A stretch of 64,000 nucleotides of DNA from Candidatus Bathyarchaeia archaeon (GCA_049512075.1 JBEKXL010000008.1:1-64000); one strand, 5' to 3'. Shown: positions 9,477 to 20,021, counted from the stretch's first letter. A program made the numbers and translations. The notes: a model not told the origin generated them from the letters alone.

Positions 9477-11174
9477 TTGAAGACTGAAAAAATCTTGGTG
9501 ACCTCTGCTTGGCCGTACGCGAACTACCTTCCCCACGTGGGCACGGTCATGCAATGTTTGTCTGCCGATGTTGTTGCAAGATACTACAGGTTGAAAGGCG
9601 AAGATGTGCTAATGGTGAGTGGGTCGGATGAGCACGGAACTCCAACTGAAGTTGAAGCTGTAAGGCTAGGCATCTCACCAAAGCAGTTGACCGACAAGAA
9701 CCATGCGAAGATAGTTGAATTGTTCGGGAAATGGGGTCTCTCTTTTGACAAGTACACGCGCACCGAAAACCCCGTGCACAAAGAGTTCGTGCAACAGCAC
9801 CTGATGAAAATCTACAACAGGGGTTACATTTTCACTCAGGAAACAGAAATGCTGTATTGTGAAAAGTGTGACCGCTTCCTGCCGGACAGATACGTTGAAG
9901 GAAAATGCCCATACTGCGGTTATGAAGGCGCACGCGGAGACCAGTGTGAAGCGTGCGGACGGTTACTCGAGACAACCCTCTTGATCGAACCTTACTGTGC
10001 AATCTGCGGAAGCAAACCCGTCAGAAGAAAAACCACTCACTGGTACTTTGATCTGCCAAAATTCTCAAACGAAATCAGCAAATACCTTAATGGCAACAAA
10101 CGTTTGCCAGACAACGCTAGAAACTTCAGCCTGAGCCTGGTGAAAGAAGGATTGAAACCCAGAGCGGTTACAAGAGACATCAGCTGGGGCATTGCAGCAC
10201 CGTTTCCAGGAGCCGAAAACAAGAGCATATACGTCTGGGTTGAAGCCGTCTTAGGGTACGTTTCGGCAACGATTGAATACTTCAAGAACAGCCATGAAAC
10301 AGAAAGATGGAAAGAGTACTGGTTTGACAAGAAATCCAAGACCTTATACTTCATCGGGAAAGACAACATTCCCTTCCACACTATAATCCTTCCAGCATTA
10401 CTCCTAGCATCAGGTGAAGATTACAACTTGCCATGGAACGTCTCCACAACGGAGTTCCTCCAGTTCAAGGGCAAAAAACTCTCCAAAAGCCACAGAATCG
10501 GCATATTTAGCGACGAGGCGCTGGAGCTTTTCCCCGCTGACTACTGGCGTTTCTACCTCATCGCCACGAGGCCCGAGACCAAAGACTCAAACTTTTCATG
10601 GGAGCTATTCATAGAAAAGGTCAACGGAGATCTGAACGACACTTTCGGCAACTTTATTCACCGAACACTGACGTTCATCAGCACGCAGTTCAACGGGGAA
10701 ATTCCCAGACTTGAAAAGCCCGATGAAGATGCTGAACAGACTCTCAATGCTCTGAAAGATAAAGTGGAGACAGTGGCCAACGAGATTGAGAATTGCAGGC
10801 TGCAATCTGCCGCAAACATCGTTATAGGCATCAGCCGCATCGGAAACCAGTACCTGAACGAGAAGGAACCATGGAAGCTCATAGAAGAGAACCGAAGCAA
10901 GGCCGCAAACATCTTCAACGTAGCGGCACAGATTGTCAAAGCCTTGGCAATAGTTTCGGCTCCCTTCATCCCGTTTGCCGCTGAAGAAATCTGGAAAACC
11001 CTTAACCTACCAGGAACCGTCCACGAGCAGGAATGGGATGAAGCTTTAAGGCCGGTGCCACCTGGGCACAAAATAGTCAAGCCGAAGCCTCTGTTCAAGA
11101 AGATAGATGTTGACGAGGAAGAGCTGGGAAAGAGACTAGAAAAGATCAGAGCGAACTTGGCAAAAGCTGCTTGA
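9477..11174 (+). CDS. metG: Methionine--tRNA ligase (no C-terminal tRNA-binding appendix)
   Basis: TSAWPYAN, PHVGT (HIGH-like), GSDEHGTP, Zn knuckles, GKDNIPFH, KLSKS. Confidence 0.97.
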   Translation: MKTEKILVTSAWPYANYLPHVGTVMQCLSADVVARYYRLKGEDVLMVSGSDEHGTPTEVEAVRLGISPKQLTDKNHAKIVELFGKWGLSFDKYTRTENPVHKEFVQQHLMKIYNRGYIFTQETEMLYCEKCDRFLPDRYVEGKCPYCGYEGARGDQCEACGRLLETTLLIEPYCAICGSKPVRRKTTHWYFDLPKFSNEISKYLNGNKRLPDNARNFSLSLVKEGLKPRAVTRDISWGIAAPFPGAENKSIYVWVEAVLGYVSATIEYFKNSHETERWKEYWFDKKSKTLYFIGKDNIPFHTIILPALLLASGEDYNLPWNVSTTEFLQFKGKKLSKSHRIGIFSDEALELFPADYWRFYLIATRPETKDSNFSWELFIEKVNGDLNDTFGNFIHRTLTFISTQFNGEIPRLEKPDEDAEQTLNALKDKVETVANEIENCRLQSAANIVIGISRIGNQYLNEKEPWKLIEENRSKAANIFNVAAQIVKALAIVSAPFIPFAAEEIWKTLNLPGTVHEQEWDEALRPVPPGHKIVKPKPLFKKIDVDEEELGKRLEKIRANLAKAA

Positions 11175-11195
11175 GGCAACATTGGACGTGAAATC

Positions 11196-11837
11196 TTGCA
11201 GTTAAAGATTGATATGCACGTGCACTCGTACTATTCGGTAGACTCGTTGATCACGCCTGAAGAGCTTATTTTCTACGCCAAAAAACGCGGTTTAGACGGA
11301 GTCGCAGTGACAGATCATGACAGGCTTGACGGCGCACTAAAAATAGCTGCCGAAACAGATTTCCTAGTTATCCCCGGAATTGAGGTTCGCAGTTCAGAAG
11401 GCCATGTCCTTGGACTCAATGTCAAGGAACCGGTCTCCGCAAAGCTGAGCGCAAGCGAGACTGTCAACAGAATTCATGATGCCGACGGCATTGCAGTGGC
11501 TTGCCACCCGATAGGCCTTTTCAAAGGAGGCTTGGGGAAGCGCACCAGCTCGAGCTTTGACGCTGTCGAGGTGATAAATTCTTCAGCAATCCCGTTCAGT
11601 TATGCCGTGAAGCAAAGCACGAAGATTGCCTCTCGTCTGAGAAAGCCGCGATTGGCTGGCAGTGACGCCCACTATGGTCCTGAAATCGGATGCGCTTACA
11701 CCGTCGTAAACGCCGAACCCGATGTGAATGACGTAGTCAAGGCGATATGCAAAGGTCTCTGTCAACCTTTCGGCAATTCAATACCTTTGACAATTAGGTT
11801 GAAAAGAATAATTGAGGTTAACAGAAGAAGGCTCTAG
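11196..11837 (+). CDS. PHP-domain metallohydrolase
   Basis: DMHVHS, AVTDHD, GIEV, HP, GSDAH motifs. Confidence 0.93.
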   Translation: MQLKIDMHVHSYYSVDSLITPEELIFYAKKRGLDGVAVTDHDRLDGALKIAAETDFLVIPGIEVRSSEGHVLGLNVKEPVSAKLSASETVNRIHDADGIAVACHPIGLFKGGLGKRTSSSFDAVEVINSSAIPFSYAVKQSTKIASRLRKPRLAGSDAHYGPEIGCAYTVVNAEPDVNDVVKAICKGLCQPFGNSIPLTIRLKRIIEVNRRRL

Positions 11838-11858
11838 ATCTTCTGCTTGAAGGAACTG

Positions 11859-12965
11859 CTAACTTTTTTCCATTTGGTAAAGGCCCAGGTCTAGATTCGA
11901 TGGTTTTTCGGGTTCTGCGTAAGGTTCCAAGTTGAAGAGCTGAGGCGCTATTGTGCCGAAGCCACTCAGTATATGAGGAGAGTTCACCCCAGTCATAACC
12001 AGAGTTACTCTTAGCTTGCCGTTCTGCTTTGGATTCACCCTTGCCCCCCAAATCACCATGGCACTACAGTCCATCATCTCGGTCACTATTTCACCAACAC
12101 GGTTTGCCTCTTCGATTGTCATCTGATCGTCACCAGTGACGTGCACCAGGGCTCCCGTGGCTCCTGCATAGTCGACATCTAACAACGGTGTCCTCAGAGC
12201 ATTGCGCACCGCCTCCTCTGCCCTGTTCGGTGCATCAGATTCGCCGACTCCAACGACGGCCACCCCTCCACGGCTGACTATGGTCTTGAAGTCCGCAAAG
12301 TCTAGATTAATCAAGCTCGGAGTTGAAATTGTCTCAACGATGCCCTTGATCATGTTTGCCAGGACTTGATCCGCGACTCTGAACGCTTCGCTTATCGGTA
12401 GCTGCGGCACGAGTTGCATCAACTTGTTGTTATCAATAACCACAACCGTATCGCACCTTCTTCGCATCTCGCTCAGAGCAACTGCCGCGCACTCCTTCCT
12501 GCCTTTCTCAATTCGAAACGGCGTGGTTACAACGCCGACGGTGATCGCTCCCTTCCGCCTGGCCATGTCAGCGATGACCGGCGCCGCACCCGTCCCCGTT
12601 CCACCGCCCAAACCGGCTGTTATGAACGCTATGTCGACGCTTGAAAGCATATCTTCGACACGATTCTTAGACTCCTCGATTGCCTCCTTGCCAAGCTTCG
12701 GATCGCCACCGGCGCCCAGTCCCTTAGTGAGTTTCTCGCCTATCAGCACCTTTTGATTCGCCTTCGAGACGTTCAGATGAAGAGCGTCGGTGTTTATTGC
12801 AATGCACTCCGCACACGCTATGCCCGCCTCCATCAACCGTGTCACGGTGTTGTTTCCCGCCCCGCCGACACCGATAACCACTATTCGACAGCAACCAGGC
12901 TGTCTAATTCCTCCATTTCCAGTAAAATGCCAGCTGTATTTCAGAGCGTTTTCAGCCGGGTGCAT
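11859..12965 (-). CDS. ftsZ: Cell division protein FtsZ
   Basis: GVGGAGNN, AINTD, GLGGGTGTGAAP, INLDFADF T7 loop; ATG at 12965 follows the upstream RHH stop. Confidence 0.97.
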   Translation of the reverse strand: MHPAENALKYSWHFTGNGGIRQPGCCRIVVIGVGGAGNNTVTRLMEAGIACAECIAINTDALHLNVSKANQKVLIGEKLTKGLGAGGDPKLGKEAIEESKNRVEDMLSSVDIAFITAGLGGGTGTGAAPVIADMARRKGAITVGVVTTPFRIEKGRKECAAVALSEMRRRCDTVVVIDNNKLMQLVPQLPISEAFRVADQVLANMIKGIVETISTPSLINLDFADFKTIVSRGGVAVVGVGESDAPNRAEEAVRNALRTPLLDVDYAGATGALVHVTGDDQMTIEEANRVGEIVTEMMDCSAMVIWGARVNPKQNGKLRVTLVMTGVNSPHILSGFGTIAPQLFNLEPYAEPEKPSNLDLGLYQMEKS

Positions 12966-12966
12966 T

Positions 12967-13122
12967 CTAGCCAACTCGGTTCCTCCTCCAAAGCTCATCG
13001 TTGATCAGGTCACGGATAGCTACCCGAATTGCCTCCGCCCTATTCGGGTAAAACCTTTCATCTACAAGCTGATCTAATGCCTTAAGGTACGTCTCAGGCA
13101 CATATAGAGTGATTAGCTTCAA
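12967..13122 (-). CDS. Ribbon-helix-helix regulator, CdrS-like
   Basis: MKLITLYVPETYLKALDQLV...YPNRAEAIRVAIRDLI; stop 1 nt before the ftsZ start; GGAGG RBS. Confidence 0.88.
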   Translation of the reverse strand: MKLITLYVPETYLKALDQLVDERFYPNRAEAIRVAIRDLINDELWRRNRVG

Positions 13123-13180
13123 CTCATCTCCCTCCAAGGCACGATGAAAAGCTATTTTTGAGCTTATACTTCTGTGTAAC

Positions 13181-13206
13181 ATGTGGCAAATATGTGGCAA
13201 ATATGT
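13181..13206. promoter_or_regulatory. Tandem ATGTGGCAAAT repeat upstream of the RHH-ftsZ operon (candidate operator)
   Basis: ATGTGGCAAAT x2 plus ATGT, 11-bp period. Confidence 0.45.
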
Positions 13207-13327
13207 CAAGCCAAACCTTTTTAAAGCTTGCCCACTTTCCATTTCAGATTTCTGTAAATTCCTTCAGGCCCTAACCTTTATGTTTTTATTTCTTGTTAAA
13301 GCATTTAACGTATCGTGATGGGAGAAG

Positions 13328-14617
13328 ATGCGCGTTCTCGTAAAGAGTTTCGGGTGCTCAACAAACTTGGCTGACGGAGCCGTTCTGGAAGGCTGTTTAG
13401 CACAAGCTGGGTACGAACTAGCTGGTTCAATTGCGTCTGCGGACGTGATTGTTCTGAACACTTGCGCGGTTAAGGGACCCACTGAGAATCGCATGATTGA
13501 GATTTCCAAGCGGGTTCCCCGGAAAAAAAAGTTGATTGTCACCGGTTGCTTGCCCTTAGTCAATTTTGAAAGATTGCAAAAAGAGGTGCCGTTCAGTGGG
13601 GTTGTAGGTCCAGCGGCGGGCGAAAGAATTGTTGAAATCGTGAAGCGTGTTTCAACCGGTGAGACAGTCATTGCCCTTGAAAATGCTGCCGACGGTTTGC
13701 CCAACCTTAGTCTTCCCCGAGTGCAGTCAAGTTCTGTGACAAGCATTGTTCCCATAAACTATGGCTGCTTGGGCTCATGCGCTTATTGCTGTGTAGTTTT
13801 TGCCAGAGGGCGTTTGAGAAGCTATGATGTCCTGGACATCGTGGAAAGGGTTAGGGAAGACTTGGACTCTGGGCTGCGGGAGTTCTGGATTACTTCGCAA
13901 GACACTGCGTGCTATGGCAGGGACAAAAGAACTAACTTGGCCGCTTTGCTTCAGGCCTTATGCGGCATTGATGGGAATTTCAGGGTTCGAGTAGGCATGA
14001 TGACTCCTAACAATGTCTTGGACATTATGGAGGAGTCGGTCCAAGCGTTTCAGGATGAAAGAATTTTCAAGTTCATTCATCTGCCGGTGCAAAGCGGTGA
14101 CGATGACGTTTTGAAGCGCATGCGACGATTCTACTGTGTTAACGACTTCAAAAGAGTGGTTGAAGCCTTCAGAGCAAGCTTCCCAGAGGTGACCTTGGCC
14201 ACGGACGTGATTTGCGGTTTTCCAAGTGAAACCGAAGAGGCTTTCCAAAGGACTTTGCGGTTGATGGAAGAGGTTAGACCTGACGTGGTGAATGTCTCAA
14301 AGTTCTTCGCGAGACCGAAGACTGCTGCGGCTAAAATGCAAAAGGATGCTGTCCCCTGGTCAGAAATCAAACGCAGAAGCATCATGGCAAGCGCATTGGC
14401 CAAGAAGCTTTCGCTTGAGAATAATCGACGTTGGGTAGGCTGGACTGGTGAAATACTTATAGACGAAGTTGGGAAGGTTCCTGGTTCTTGGGTTGGTCGA
14501 AATTTTGCCTACAAACCAGTTGCGGTTAAGACCACTTCCAAGCTAATCGGCAAGTTCGTGCCTGTTGAAATCATAAAAGCCTTTCCAACATATCTCCTAA
14601 GTACCATCATTCAATAA
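13328..14617 (+). CDS. tRNA t6A37 methylthiotransferase (MtaB/CDKAL1-type radical SAM)
   Basis: UPF0004 domain (SFGCSTN, NTCAVK), CLGSCAYC, HLPVQSG, C-terminal TRAM. Confidence 0.93.
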   Translation: MRVLVKSFGCSTNLADGAVLEGCLAQAGYELAGSIASADVIVLNTCAVKGPTENRMIEISKRVPRKKKLIVTGCLPLVNFERLQKEVPFSGVVGPAAGERIVEIVKRVSTGETVIALENAADGLPNLSLPRVQSSSVTSIVPINYGCLGSCAYCCVVFARGRLRSYDVLDIVERVREDLDSGLREFWITSQDTACYGRDKRTNLAALLQALCGIDGNFRVRVGMMTPNNVLDIMEESVQAFQDERIFKFIHLPVQSGDDDVLKRMRRFYCVNDFKRVVEAFRASFPEVTLATDVICGFPSETEEAFQRTLRLMEEVRPDVVNVSKFFARPKTAAAKMQKDAVPWSEIKRRSIMASALAKKLSLENNRRWVGWTGEILIDEVGKVPGSWVGRNFAYKPVAVKTTSKLIGKFVPVEIIKAFPTYLLSTIIQ

Positions 14618-14654
14618 GTTATTTATGATAAAATGTCCCTAATACTTCTGGAGG

Positions 14655-14924
14655 TTGAAATGTTTGGGCGAAGAAGAGCTTGTTGAAGTTGGACGGATAA
14701 CGCATTTTTTTTCGAAAATTGACGTCGCGGTGATTGAGCTTAAAGCTGCACTGAGCGTAGGTGACACCATAGCCATTAAGGGTCCAACAACGGATTTTGA
14801 GCAGCGAGTTGATTCCATGCAGATTGAGCACAAGAATGTTCAGAGAGCTGAACCGGGACAGAGCATAGGCCTGAAAGTGTTGCAACGCGTCAGAGAGACA
14901 GATGTTGTGTTCAAGAAAACGTAG
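14655..14924 (+). CDS. Translation elongation factor-like / U32 C-terminal beta-barrel protein
   Basis: VGRITHFFSKIDVAV...GPTTDFEQRVDSMQI...GLKV. Confidence 0.85.
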   Translation: MKCLGEEELVEVGRITHFFSKIDVAVIELKAALSVGDTIAIKGPTTDFEQRVDSMQIEHKNVQRAEPGQSIGLKVLQRVRETDVVFKKT

Positions 14925-15373
14925 CCTCCTCTCCTTTTTTGGAATTCCATATCTTTTTGAAGCGCGCGCTTTTCGGCCCAGGCCCGGGTGTCTCTGAGTT
15001 TCCAGATGGCCTCCTGATTTCAGTTTCCGCCGCTCTTTCTCTCACGGCAGTCGTAGCCAAGAAACTCTCATCCCCAAAAAAAGGTTCTTGCCGCGCTATC
15101 TGTCATGCTGCTTAGAAGAAAGTTCTAAAAAGGTTCTTAACGCTGAACCCTTGTCTGAACGCTTCGCATCCTCATCTTTCTCTCAGTCTGACTAATAATC
15201 GCTAATTTCGGGCAGAGCAAGAGTCATCTAATTTTCAACTTCAAGTTTGATGTCCAAAAATATTCTGTTCGCGCGGTCGAGAGCGATGTCTCCGAAATTT
15301 CCTTATTCTACTCCGCACGCGTTCGCAATGCAGTGGAAAAACTCGACATCTGACCCAGGGCGTGATTGAGGGT

Positions 15374-16423
15374 CTACTGTGGTCTTCGTAACGTGCGCAT
15401 CCTCGGTTTGCGAGCAACTAGGGCAAGCGCCGAGAGGGCTAGCAAGGCCATGTAAAGCGGGAAGGGACTTGCTGGCTTATCTGCAGTCTGCAGAACGAAT
15501 GAGTAGCCTCCGACAGGTTGGATAACGTTTCCCACCCGGAAGTTGACCACACCCGAATAGACTTGTTGGTCCAGTTCCACGGTCGAGTAAGCAGTCCAGA
15601 CTCCCAGGCTGAAGTTAAGTTGGGGCACTTTGAAGCTTATAGAGGCTATCCCATTTTGATCTGTGGAGGACTCACCGAGAGTAACGGTGTTATTGAGCGG
15701 GTCTACAACCTGAAAGGCGACCAGCTTGTTTGGGACGGGATCTCCGTTGAAAGTTACACGAGAATATAAGATAACTGTGTCACCTAGCGCGAACGTATTC
15801 TTGTTAGCATACAGGCTCAGGAGGCCAGGTCCGGGGTCGGGTCCAACTGAGTTCCAGAAACATATCGCGCCGACACTGTCGCATAGGATGGACATTCCCG
15901 AAGAACCCAGCAAGGTGACTTGGCTAAAAGCTATTGTGCTTAGAATGCACGAGGTTGATGCCTTAACCACCTTGAAACTAACGCGGACCAGAGTTCCGTT
16001 GCCGCTCAGTGGAGCTTGCGAACTTGCAAGCGACACGTTGACTTTCAGAAATCCAAGGGATCCGACTGCTTGGTATTGGAAACTCGACTTAGGAGGTGGG
16101 GGAAAGAATGATTGTTGAAGGATTTGGGAAAAGCTCAGGAAGGAAGAATTGTAGATGATTGTAAATCTGACAGCTTTCAAGTTTTGCGCGTTGGTGATGT
16201 CTACGGAAAAGTTGTAGTCCTCACCGATTCCTTGAGCAACGTAAATCGGGGGCGCAATACTAATATTTACGGTTGTCTGCCCCGCAGTAGCCAAATTTGA
16301 GCTGCCAATCAATCCGAAAAAAGACGGGAGCAAGACCGCAAAAAGCAGGGGGAAAAACTTGCGTAGCAAGCCTCTCAAAAGCCATGAAGGTCGTATCGCT
16401 CGGACAGTCCTACGTGTCAACAT
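15374..16423 (-). CDS. Membrane-anchored cohesin-domain surface protein
   Basis: Signal peptide; cohesin-like (FSVDITNAQNL..FTIIYNSSFL..LSGNGTLVRVSFKV); Ig/MG2-like domain; C-terminal PVGG, TM helix and basic tail. Confidence 0.8.
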   Translation of the reverse strand: MLTRRTVRAIRPSWLLRGLLRKFFPLLFAVLLPSFFGLIGSSNLATAGQTTVNISIAPPIYVAQGIGEDYNFSVDITNAQNLKAVRFTIIYNSSFLSFSQILQQSFFPPPPKSSFQYQAVGSLGFLKVNVSLASSQAPLSGNGTLVRVSFKVVKASTSCILSTIAFSQVTLLGSSGMSILCDSVGAICFWNSVGPDPGPGLLSLYANKNTFALGDTVILYSRVTFNGDPVPNKLVAFQVVDPLNNTVTLGESSTDQNGIASISFKVPQLNFSLGVWTAYSTVELDQQVYSGVVNFRVGNVIQPVGGYSFVLQTADKPASPFPLYMALLALSALALVARKPRMRTLRRPQ

Positions 16424-16657
16424 GATCTATCTGATCCTCAGGTCTTTCACGCTCTCTGCACGAGAACCGTGGAACAGATGTTGCGAGTGACTATTCTCAA
16501 ACATATCCTGGGTTCGTCCACCTGATATTAAGCAGGAAAACCGGAGCAATAAACATTCTGGAATATTCCTCTATTCAGCAGTGGACGCAATAAAGGTGTA
16601 AAAAAGGGCGCGCCGTCGAAGCCTAAAATGCTTTAGCACATATAAAAGAAAGAATGC

Positions 16658-16867
16658 GTGGTGTATCGAATGGTTGAGTTGAAAGCACTTGATGATGCTA
16701 TCTTTGACTTGTACTGTCGTCTGGGCAGTGTCGCCGACCATGAAAAAGAGTTGTTCATTTCTTCGGGACGAAACGTCAGAAAGGCTCTCGGCGAGATAGG
16801 TGAGTTGCGAGCGAGGGTGCGAAGCGTGAAGCGCGCGCAAATAGAACCTTTCTATTTCGCAAGGTGA
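16658..16867 (+). CDS. Small hypothetical protein
   Basis: Coiled-coil-like 65-69 aa ORF after a TATA-like element. Confidence 0.45.
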   Translation: MVYRMVELKALDDAIFDLYCRLGSVADHEKELFISSGRNVRKALGEIGELRARVRSVKRAQIEPFYFAR

Positions 16868-17173
16868 AAGCAAGGTTCGCCACGATGGAAAAAGGCGAGT
16901 TTTGAAGGATAAAAACAGTTTGTCAATACAGCATTCTTGAGAAATGGAGAGAGACCAAGGTTAAAGTGAAGCCTATACACTCTTCTTTTTCAAAACTCTT
17001 CTAATGAGCCTATGAGTATAATCATGTTAATATTCTAGCTAATATGTGCGCTGAGTGTTGTTGCTTTTGCCTTCGATGAACAGCTTTGACGTTTCAGCCA
17101 GGCTCGTTCCTCAGCAACTCCTTCTTTGCGAAAAAAGAAAAAGGGGGTTGCGCGGGAGAAATGACATCGTATT

Positions 17174-17500
17174 TCAATGGACTCGGGAGATAATGTAATC
17201 GTTCACAGTTTGAAGAAACGACTCTTCTAGTTCTATGCCGTAATGTTCTGCTAGAACGAAGATTATGTAAAGCAGATCTGAGAGTTCAGTGGCCAGCATC
17301 TCCTTTGTTTTGGGTTTTTCAGGCGGCTTGAACCCTTCAAGCCCTTTAACCACGGCGGCGACCTCTCCAGCTTCTTCCAACAGGTCAGTAACCATTACGA
17401 ACGGTGTCCATGTCCTACTCCGCTCAGGGTCGAGCTTGTCGTTGATTTTCCTAAAATTCTTCCAACAGAGATGCTGAGCATCGCGCAAAGTCACAGACAT
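17174..17500 (-). CDS. MazG-like nucleotide pyrophosphohydrolase
   Basis: LLEEAGEVA...ELSDLLY motif; GGTGA RBS before ATG at 17500. Confidence 0.9.
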   Translation of the reverse strand: MSVTLRDAQHLCWKNFRKINDKLDPERSRTWTPFVMVTDLLEEAGEVAAVVKGLEGFKPPEKPKTKEMLATELSDLLYIIFVLAEHYGIELEESFLQTVNDYIISRVH

Positions 17501-17560
17501 ACGAATCACCCGCGGAGATTTGTGGGACTGGTCTAATAATGGTTTTCCAGACATGAATTC

Positions 17561-18685
17561 TCAGGGGATTATCTCGCAGCCATTATATTTCATATATTCA
17601 AAATCCTCTATTCGAACTTTCTCTCTTTTGATTAGTTCTTCTATCCTAGGCATTTGCTCACGGACAGCTTGTATCAAGTTCCTCACAGTATCACAGACGT
17701 GAGAATACGCCTCTTGGCTCCAACGTTTGGTAAGGGTCGCGTACAAGCATCTGCCCCCACACAGATTGAGTGCGCCGCATTGTGTGCATGGTTCGCCAAC
17801 GTCAATTTTCTTCAGTTTCAAAGGATCTGCATTACTGATGTGACCGAGATAGTAGTCTTTCATTCCCCACATCGTTGGACAGGGAATTATATATCCGTCT
17901 GTCTGGATGGCATAGTTGATCCATCCTCCACCGCAACGGAGAAGATTCTTGTCTTCTTTGTGAAGAAAGGAATGGGCCACGCCGAGGATTGGGTAAAGCC
18001 GAAGGACGATGCCCTCGTTTTCCATCGTGTCAACCCAGAACTTGACAAGTCTAGCAACTCCAGGGTTGTAACACTCACGGCTCCATCGTTCGAAGTCCCT
18101 TCGCGCAAAATCATTCTTCCAAAAACCCGCATTCAACTGCCAATGAATGGAAGAAAATGAAAAATCTCCGTTGTTCAAAAGCCATGTGACTTGCGCATAT
18201 ATGTCAGTTTGCTCCATAACCGTCATTCTGGCAATCAACTCGCCCTTGAAACCGTTTTGCCGTATCAATTTCAAGTTGCGGAAGACTTTTTGGAAAGTCC
18301 CTGTTCCTCGATAGTGGTCTGTTAGTGCTTCATCTCCATCTACAGAAACAAGTATCGTGTGGAAACGATTAACGTACGTTGGTTTCAGATTATCAAGTAG
18401 CAAACCATTTGTCTGAATCATGAAATGCTTGACCCTGACCTTGTCCATAATTCTCCTTATTTCTTCAGTACACAGCAAGGGCTCTCCACCATAGAAAGTC
18501 AAGACGCAGTCATTGTCCTGTTCACAGAAATTCCTGAGCAAATCAATGTCGTAGCCCATCTTCTTGGGCAACGCGTAATCAACATCATAACCTGAGAAAT
18601 CCTCATCCATATCGTCCAATGCTTCGCCAAAGCAGTATCGGCACTGTGAATTGCATTCGGTGGTAAGTATCACATGAAAGAACAT
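17561..18685 (-). CDS. Radical SAM/SPASM protein (TIGR04084/AF0577-like)
   Basis: CNSQCRYC, FYGGEPLL, QTNG; SPASM CGGG..PCP..CxxCxxxxxCGGRC; ends NGCEIIP. Confidence 0.9.
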   Translation of the reverse strand: MFFHVILTTECNSQCRYCFGEALDDMDEDFSGYDVDYALPKKMGYDIDLLRNFCEQDNDCVLTFYGGEPLLCTEEIRRIMDKVRVKHFMIQTNGLLLDNLKPTYVNRFHTILVSVDGDEALTDHYRGTGTFQKVFRNLKLIRQNGFKGELIARMTVMEQTDIYAQVTWLLNNGDFSFSSIHWQLNAGFWKNDFARRDFERWSRECYNPGVARLVKFWVDTMENEGIVLRLYPILGVAHSFLHKEDKNLLRCGGGWINYAIQTDGYIIPCPTMWGMKDYYLGHISNADPLKLKKIDVGEPCTQCGALNLCGGRCLYATLTKRWSQEAYSHVCDTVRNLIQAVREQMPRIEELIKREKVRIEDFEYMKYNGCEIIP

Positions 18686-18716
18686 GTTTCCCAATTGGAA
18701 GTAAGAATTCCCGCTC

Positions 18717-19949
18717 TTAAGCGTATTTTTCCTTGGTCTTCTTAGCCTTCTCAATATATCCCTTAAGCTCTCTTTCCTTAAGGTTCTTTTCAGGCAAGGT
18801 TTCAGGCGCGTACAGCAGAGGCAAAATTGCCAAGAACAAGAAGAGACTCGCCACAGAAAAAACGGCGGTGACAGAAACTGAAGCGACAATGTCAGGACCT
18901 ACAAGTTTTTGTAGGAGATTGGAAAAAAGGAGAGGAATACCACCGAGAGCATAGTATTTTTTGCTCGAGTTTTCATAGGCCAGATCTCCCCATAATGTCA
19001 TGAAGAACACCACTCCTAGCATACCCCAAGCAATTCCATCCACTACGGTGTAGAAGGACCAGCCAATAAATGACAGCGAAAAAATGCCCAACACGGCATA
19101 CCCCAGGCCCAGCATTATGAAACCAGAAATAACCACCACTTTTCGACCGACAGTATCACACAGGACACCACCTACAAGGGCAAAAACAGCAGTAAAGATG
19201 GTTTCGATTGTGGCAGATGCATTAACAAAACTCTCTCCAAAATGGCTGTTGAGAATCGGAACGCTCAAGTAATTTACAAGAGCAAACATAATCCATGCAG
19301 AAAAATACAGGAAAAAAGAACGCTTTCGAATTATGGTCATGTAGGAGGACGTTTTTTTAACGGCAGACCTTTCAACTGGGTTAAGCAGAATGAATACAAT
19401 CAATCCAACAAACCTCAACGCTCCCAAAGTGCCAAATTGCGTTCGGTAGTCCAAGGGCTCAATAATCATCGCCGAAATGAAAATGCCAACAAAAATAGCA
19501 AAGAATACAATAGCGCTCACACGACCTCTATTCTCTACAGCCGTGCCTTCAGTCAAATATTCCATGCTAGCTGGCATACCAAAACCCAAAGTGGCGCCCC
19601 AGAGAAAAGCCACAAAACCAACCCAAAAAAAGTTCCCCATGTCGATTGCCAAAGGTATCATGGAAGCCACCGCGCCAGAGGCCATCCAAATCTCTAAGAA
19701 ACGAAGGTTTGCCGTTCCTCTGGGAAAGAAGGCTCCTATTAGGGCAGCTGTTGCAGTAGCAGCAGCGTTAATGACCAGAATCAAGAGATTTTCGTAATAA
19801 CCTATACCTGATGCGATCTTACTTAACACAGTGGATGATATAAAAAACCAGATTAGCCCACCAGAGACAAGAACTATTAGTGAAGAAAGGTTTTTCCCAC
19901 TTAACCCTAGATTTGATCGAAAGACTCGACTCAACGTGGTCAATGGCAT
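18717..19949 (-). CDS. MFS transporter
   Basis: About 12 TM helices, ENRGRVS, GVLCDTVGRK motif A, APETLPE. Confidence 0.9.
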   Translation of the reverse strand: MPLTTLSRVFRSNLGLSGKNLSSLIVLVSGGLIWFFISSTVLSKIASGIGYYENLLILVINAAATATAALIGAFFPRGTANLRFLEIWMASGAVASMIPLAIDMGNFFWVGFVAFLWGATLGFGMPASMEYLTEGTAVENRGRVSAIVFFAIFVGIFISAMIIEPLDYRTQFGTLGALRFVGLIVFILLNPVERSAVKKTSSYMTIIRKRSFFLYFSAWIMFALVNYLSVPILNSHFGESFVNASATIETIFTAVFALVGGVLCDTVGRKVVVISGFIMLGLGYAVLGIFSLSFIGWSFYTVVDGIAWGMLGVVFFMTLWGDLAYENSSKKYYALGGIPLLFSNLLQKLVGPDIVASVSVTAVFSVASLFLFLAILPLLYAPETLPEKNLKERELKGYIEKAKKTKEKYA

Positions 19950-20021
19950 CGTTAGAGCCTATATATTACTATTACAGATAAAACCTTTGGCAAAGTCATT
20001 CTCTGCTGTTGCTCTGCAGAA

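Noticed and set aside
9477-11174. MetRS lacking the C-terminal tRNA-binding domain
   Set aside because: Short MetRS forms are common in archaea, and the stop is followed directly by the next gene.
18686-18889. N-terminal extension of the rSAM ORF in the track
   Set aside because: It overlaps the MFS gene; the family-like sequence begins at MFFHVILT (18685).
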